From: Cirrosporium novae-zelandiae | Taxonomy: Eukaryota | Direction of reading: 5' to 3' | DNA length: 64,000 nucleotides | NCBI GenBank assembly: GCA_026023565.1 | Contig: JAPETS010000013.1 | Location: 124,001 to 188,000, forward strand | Part shown: positions 59,701 to 64,000 of the stretch, piece after piece | Numbering within the stretch: the stretch's first letter is position 1 | How the letters are laid out: every line of letters starts with the position of its first letter | Translations under genes and position numbers: made by a program | Notes under the pieces: model-generated | The model's database searches: none | What the model saw: the letters and a program-made list of their open reading frames with translations, nothing else | Told to the model about the DNA's origin: nothing

Positions 59701-61022
59701 CAGCCGAAGTCTTCGACAAAGCAAACAGCATAGCGAAAGAAATGGTCGAAGAGCAAGCCGAAGAATCCGAAGACGAATACAAAGGCATCGGCGGACCCAG
59801 CGACGACGAACGAGACGACGGGGAAATGGACGAGGAGATTCGAAAAATGATCAACGACGACGGCAAAGAAAAAGTAAACGAGCGGGAACTAGCCGCCCTC
59901 CACGCTGATCGCTCAAGAAACGAGGACGAGAAAGTCGTCAAGAAACTATTCAACGATATCAGCAAGGGCATGCTGCGCCGACGGCACAACGGAAACAATG
60001 AATTCGACCTCTCGGATTCCGATGACGACATGGAAGCCAGACGGCGCATAAAGAGGACCGAGTTTGCAAGAATGCGAAAGGCGCTGCTTGCGGACGAGAA
60101 TGTGGAGAAGATCAGCGAGGATCCCAAGAAGGCTGCGTTCTTCAACACCCTTCGGGACTTTGATGATGGTGGAGACGAGCTGGATTTCCTCGAGGGAGAA
60201 GACCAGCCCATGACAGACCTGCAAGAACTGTCGCAGTCGCAACCCCAATCCCAGGAGCCAGGCGAGGGCCAGCAAACACACCAAGAAACCACCTCAGCCT
60301 CCGACCCCACCACCCTCCCTCAAAAACGCAAACGTCCCCTAACCGAAACCACAAACCCACCCCCACGCCCGCCACCCCACCTCCGACGGACCTCCAAGTC
60401 CCTCCCAGGCACAAAAAAACCCACTACCCTCAGCGAAATCCGCGAATCGGTATCCTTCCTCACGGAATCCCACTCCGCCTCAGCCTCATCCTCCTTTTCC
60501 GTTTCCGACGATTCAGAAGACTCCGATACCAACGACGACGGTAATGCCAAAAAAGGCACACATACCGCGGGCGTCGAAAACTCTGATCCCTTCGCCATCA
60601 GACACAGAGCCATAATCGACCGACTCGCACTACGACGCGAGAATTCCAACCTTTCCAATAACAATACCACAGCAAACCCACCCTCAAACCCCAAACCCCC
60701 CGGCTTCTCCCTCCCCCACCACCTTCTCCTCCGCCGCTCAACCTCCTCATCCCTCTCCTCCCTCTCCAACAGCGGCAACACAACCCCCACGGGCGTAGTC
60801 GTAGAAACAGAACGCATGGCCGGCACCAACGGGAGCACCAACGCAATAACAACAGCAGCGGGAGGGAGTCGAAAAAGCAGCATTAATTATTTCTCGAGGG
60901 TGGAGGAACGGAAGAAAGGGATTGTGGCTGTGGTGGAGAAGAGGAAGGTGGAGAGTCGGCGGAAGAGGGCGAGAGAGAGAGGGGGGGTGCTGGGATCTTT
61001 GGTTCGGGAGGAGTGGGGTTAG
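56784..61022 (+). CDS. MRC1: Mediator of replication checkpoint protein 1 (Mrc1/Claspin), intronless, 1412 aa
   Basis: LTPRSKIRAMMA, RKSSKKAIEEMKRETQRMERNMQLAHQARTKKK, acidic tract, GLTQAFAATMA, MRC1 domain EMVEEQAEESEDEYKGIGG...KLFNDISKGMLRRR, many SQ/TQ sites. Confidence 0.92.
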   Translation: MATPSSMRSPSRPESTIADDENVLTPRSKIRAMMAAIDDDSDDENTTLNPTQINNAQNSASLHQDTILSDAKSDTEASVSGSDGEDDDDVPIIPRGRLAARLLGKSKEISNVSSHSKTDNKSDDDNAYEKIKKQLMGESKVHKFSPARNQVSGVAPPENSDSDEIHDTTRRKKLKSGVRKPSIEQSSTPARSRETTPAFFVTPGKGSPTPIRQGASESDSDPDLPLNPVSKSRLEELIAKKREERLAREAAARKKKEDMVANLEALSQKAVRENGGTFSETDSDGEAKQRLTQGSRPTRKSSKKAIEEMKRETQRMERNMQLAHQARTKKKVTKESLFAKFNFRPVGMAAEASAQQAPSAPPESSSQSSIENDQEKSTPPTSPLREGSPEKPTALVNITNMDTTETPELNVEEEMPTLDELIIQSQAAPASDKGKGRLIDFEHSKDQMQSAKAPIKSSSHPKMSPKRDFHMTLDSDDSDGLEIVRDAKPRKFAVFDRIPIRQAQENHSLHTLRALAHLSSPGKQPSKSRVSMTPAQMEASLRQRAREQAARERLEKLERLKAQNPNMIFETAEETEKRQLAIEDMVEKARQEAEEISKREKAAAKKEGKSGEHFIDSDDEDEDYIEEGEEADVEVDPEEEEDEEDEDDGGDDGEEPDGGVELPNAPEGVMVEEEAEETEDDELAEKEKENEDADDEDEEANILPTRRKRRMHRIIDDDEADEEPISQSITSAPVTPAVKTPTRPVIPGLPMSDVTPMGLTQAFAATMADNSQIDDDSMDVDNEQESLTFLRQMPDFNPPSMSTPGFGSQNVITDSQSSPVRKAPGWENPTPSRPQTANIDLDFTQSQIVRDSFSGTQTQGLDLLSQIPDPSQDQGFDPISPFKHRFSLPSQQTIDTTSIRSQKEASTPPRKERKRLRKRLEAVPKLSDVDEATNEELNSADEDDLLFDSPTGGRKLDIFDIMKAASRKRTRPAAEVFDKANSIAKEMVEEQAEESEDEYKGIGGPSDDERDDGEMDEEIRKMINDDGKEKVNERELAALHADRSRNEDEKVVKKLFNDISKGMLRRRHNGNNEFDLSDSDDDMEARRRIKRTEFARMRKALLADENVEKISEDPKKAAFFNTLRDFDDGGDELDFLEGEDQPMTDLQELSQSQPQSQEPGEGQQTHQETTSASDPTTLPQKRKRPLTETTNPPPRPPPHLRRTSKSLPGTKKPTTLSEIRESVSFLTESHSASASSSFSVSDDSEDSDTNDDGNAKKGTHTAGVENSDPFAIRHRAIIDRLALRRENSNLSNNNTTANPPSNPKPPGFSLPHHLLLRRSTSSSLSSLSNSGNTTPTGVVVETERMAGTNGSTNAITTAAGGSRKSSINYFSRVEERKKGIVAVVEKRKVESRRKRARERGGVLGSLVREEWG

Positions 61023-61629
61023 TTTGGTGGGTGATGATGATGGTAGTTATATTTGTATATGGACGATGGATGATGGATGAATAATAGGTGTTGGATTGGT
61101 GTCTGAGTTTGTTGGTTTGTTGGTTGGTTCGTTAATCAGGATATCCCCATTATTAGCTAGACTAACCGTCGATTTGATTTGATTTGATTCCCCTTTCTTT
61201 CTTGATGGATTAATTGCTGGATGAATAGATAGCTGTACAGACAATACCAAAGAATTTGAATCAATCTACGCACAACAACCAAGAAAAATTCATTTAAAAC
61301 AGATTCAATTTTCTTTTTCTTTTTTAAGATGGATACACGTTTTAAAAGGGTAAAAGTAATGGTAGAGAAGGAGAAAAAGAAACAAGGCAAAAAAAGACTT
61401 CTCCTTGCGCCCCCTGTGTATCTGGCCCAGAAACATGATGCATGCATATATGCAAAGACAAAGGATCACCGGTAGTTTCACCTTGATTTCCAAGAACTCC
61501 TTAATTCCTTCCTGTGACTGTACTGCATTTATCATCTTCTTGCTTCAACTCTCGCTGTCATCGGAAAAGAAAACTCCATATGAGCCTTTTTCAAGCAAAG
61601 CCAAGTACCTGAATCTTGGCCTTAAAGAC

Positions 61630-63693
61630 TCAGATATCAATATCGATATCGATTCCCAGATCCATGGCTCCGATAATCTCATCATCCGTGGCCTTCTGCC
61701 GAAGTCTCAACCCATTGTTTTTCTTCTCTCCGTTGACTGTTCCGACTGGCTTAGATACCACTGGAGGCATCGTAAGAGGCATCGGAGACTGTGACTTCGG
61801 GGGGGTGTTCTTTCTAGTATCATTGCCGTTGGTGCCAGCAGGCTTAGGCGTAGTGCCCCTACTGATGTCACTTCCTTCAAAGAGATCATCGGTGCCGGTA
61901 GGGGGGGCGAGATGGTTATTGCTAGCCTGAGCGGGATTAGGTTTTCTCCGTCTCTCAGCACGTTTCTCTGCCATTTGAGCTTTACGAATGGCTTCGGAAT
62001 TGGCTTTGCGGTTGGCAGCGTTCAATGCAGCCAAACGCTCTCCCTCGGTTGGTCCCTTGGGGGCAGTAGAAGGCTTGTTTTTGGTGAGCGAAGTCCCAAA
62101 AGCAAGCTTAGGACCATCCAGAGCTTGAAGTTCTTGATCGCATCTTGCAACCTCGGCTTCATCACCTGCTTCGATGGCAGCTTGGCGACGTTCGTTGATT
62201 GAGTTACGCTCAAAGAAAGAGTAGCGGCTTTTGAGGGCCCCTGACCGAACAAGTTTTTGCTGGAGCTCCTCTTCTGTCCAGGCCCGGTTTAGAAGTTGGT
62301 TGATGTCGTTGACTTTGCCGACAAGGTATGACTTTGTCTGAATAGGTAGGCTATCAGCAACCAAAGTCTTCTTGTATCTATCAAACTCCGACTAATAATG
62401 TATGAGCCAATGAATATACACAATATGGTCATGGATACAAACCTCTGTAAACCTGGCATTTGAACAAGCTAAGAATGGCCATTCTCTTTCGGATTTCCCA
62501 ACGGCAACACGTGCATATTGATTCGTATGGAACATCTTTCCGTTTTCCCCCTCCATAGCATACGGTTTGCCTTCCTTAAAGCCTGTTCCCTTAGTGAGTA
62601 GGTGTATGCATATCAACATGTTGAGATTATCTCACCCTTGATAAGAGCTAAACGATAAACATTTTGTCCGGATTGATCTGGACCAATGCTGATACGTGTG
62701 AAGCAGCCAGTGATGGCTTTTTCAAACCCAGGATAAAAGCAGACTTTGGCAAAGTTGTTACGACCGACCCGTGCATGTTCAAAATCGATTAGAGTGGCGG
62801 GTGGCTCATCTCTGGGAGTGGATGATCGACGAGCTGGTCTGTTATCGGCCCAGTCATCATCAACCTCACCTTCTGCGTCAACATCCGAGTATGCTTCGGG
62901 ACTCCTTCTATCCCTGGTTCCCAGGTCCCTTCGACGTTGCTCATCGCGCCTAGACTTCTGCTCGCGCTGTCGTTTGTATGCTTCGATAGCACCTGAGGTT
63001 TCTCCAGCTTTTCGGCCACCAAGAGTTGTCTTCTGCCTAGTACTTTTTCGTTGACCCTCATCAAGGTCAGCGGTGCCAGCCTTGCGCTTCTTCTTGTCAG
63101 CAGACTTAGCCTCCTTACGCCCACGATCTTGGATATAGCGGCGGAGTTGTTTGTTTTGGACATGGCGCTCATGTTGGGCAGCTCGATCAGCTAAGATCTC
63201 TTCACGTTTGATCTCAGGTAGAGAGAGAATGTAAGATCTATCTTCTTCATCTTTATACTTGTTTTCAATAGGAAACATAGGGGCATCGTCGTCGACATCT
63301 CCAGGAGATGTGTCGGTGTCGGATTCAGACATTGATGCAGATCGCAGTGAAGATGGTGACGATGCTACTGAAGATCTAAGTAGAAAAATTTATGAGCAAG
63401 TGGGTTGGCGGGTGTTTGTATTCGGTGAATGCTAGGTGAATTAGATAGGCAAAGGAAGGTTGTGCATACGCTTCGCCTTCTTCAGATTCCTCCTTGTGAT
63501 GCTTCTTGCCAGACCTCTTTGCGTGTCCAGGTGTTTTAGAGTCGGAAGGAGCTGACTCATGATTCTGAGAGCCACTCGAAGGGTCGTTCATGGGCGCGGG
63601 TGATTTTGAAGTAGCCTTGGTTGGGACATTATCTTCTTCATCAGAAGAATCTCCACCAGCAAGAGCCAAAAGCTCTGCATCAAGGTCGGCCAT
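61630..63693 (-). CDS. RTF1: Paf1 complex subunit Rtf1 (Plus-3 domain), 4 exons
   Basis: MADLDAELLALAGGDSSDEE, histone-modification domain (YKDEEDRSYILSLPEIKREEILADR), Plus-3 (ARVGRNNFAKVCFYPGFEKAITGCFTRISIG...EWPFLACSNARFTE), C-terminal DDEIIGAMDLGIDIDIDI. Confidence 0.93.
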
Positions 63694-64000
63694 GGTGATA
63701 TATACTTCCGGGGAATATGGTTAAATAACACCAAAAATGGATGTTGCTATACTGTGAAGGGCCCGCCTTCGAAAGCAGTAGTAGCAGATGATAAAATGAG
63801 GATTAAATGGTATGGTATTTGGCAAAGACAATAGAGAGCGTAAAGGGTGGGAAAATAAATATTTAAAGGGGAGAAATCTCAGTGGTTTTCGCGATCCTGA
63901 CAATGGCTGCAAACAGTGAATAGCTTCTTGTTATTGGGCTGAAGCAAGATGTTCAAGTTATTAAAAGTTGTAATGGTTGCAATGGTTTGGAGGTGGAAGT

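Noticed and set aside
59378..60883. Long antisense ORFs (311 aa and 187 aa) within MRC1
   Set aside because: Ser-rich shadows of the acidic sense-strand codons; no independent coding signal.

Overview
Intron-containing genomic DNA of a filamentous ascomycete (Pezizomycotina; the protein style suggests Eurotiomycetes, which is an inference). Left to right: DTD1(-), NOT3/5(+), a small two-finger C2H2 gene(+), UPS1/PRELI(+), an FLC/TRP-like channel(-), NADPH oxidase NoxB(-), an orphan(+), UBC4(-), glutaryl-CoA dehydrogenase(-), an FHL1-like forkhead/FHA factor(+), SNF7(-), TEN1(+), a decayed GT2 glycosyltransferase pseudogene(+), a ~12.5-kb quinate-catabolism cluster (qutG-, qutE+, qutB-, qutD+, thiolase+, qutC+, ACS-type MFS transporter+), an orphan(-), MRC1(+) and RTF1(-). 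DTD1, UBC4, the TEN1 N-terminus and the C2H2 fingers only appear after manual splicing. Main observations: (1) the qut cluster has no qutA/qutR/qutH but includes a probable beta-ketoadipyl-CoA thiolase and a second acid transporter, and its promoters still carry QutA/QA-1F-like sites; (2) two in-frame 5' splice donors in DTD1 would toggle an 11-aa insert directly after the Gly-Pro motif; (3) large microsatellite, strand-skewed blocks sit mostly between convergent genes and the skew extends into the coding 3' ends; (4) the GT2 pseudogene decays progressively toward one such block; (5) an isolated tRNA T-arm/B-box lies in another. All calls come from reading and translating by eye; no searches were run.
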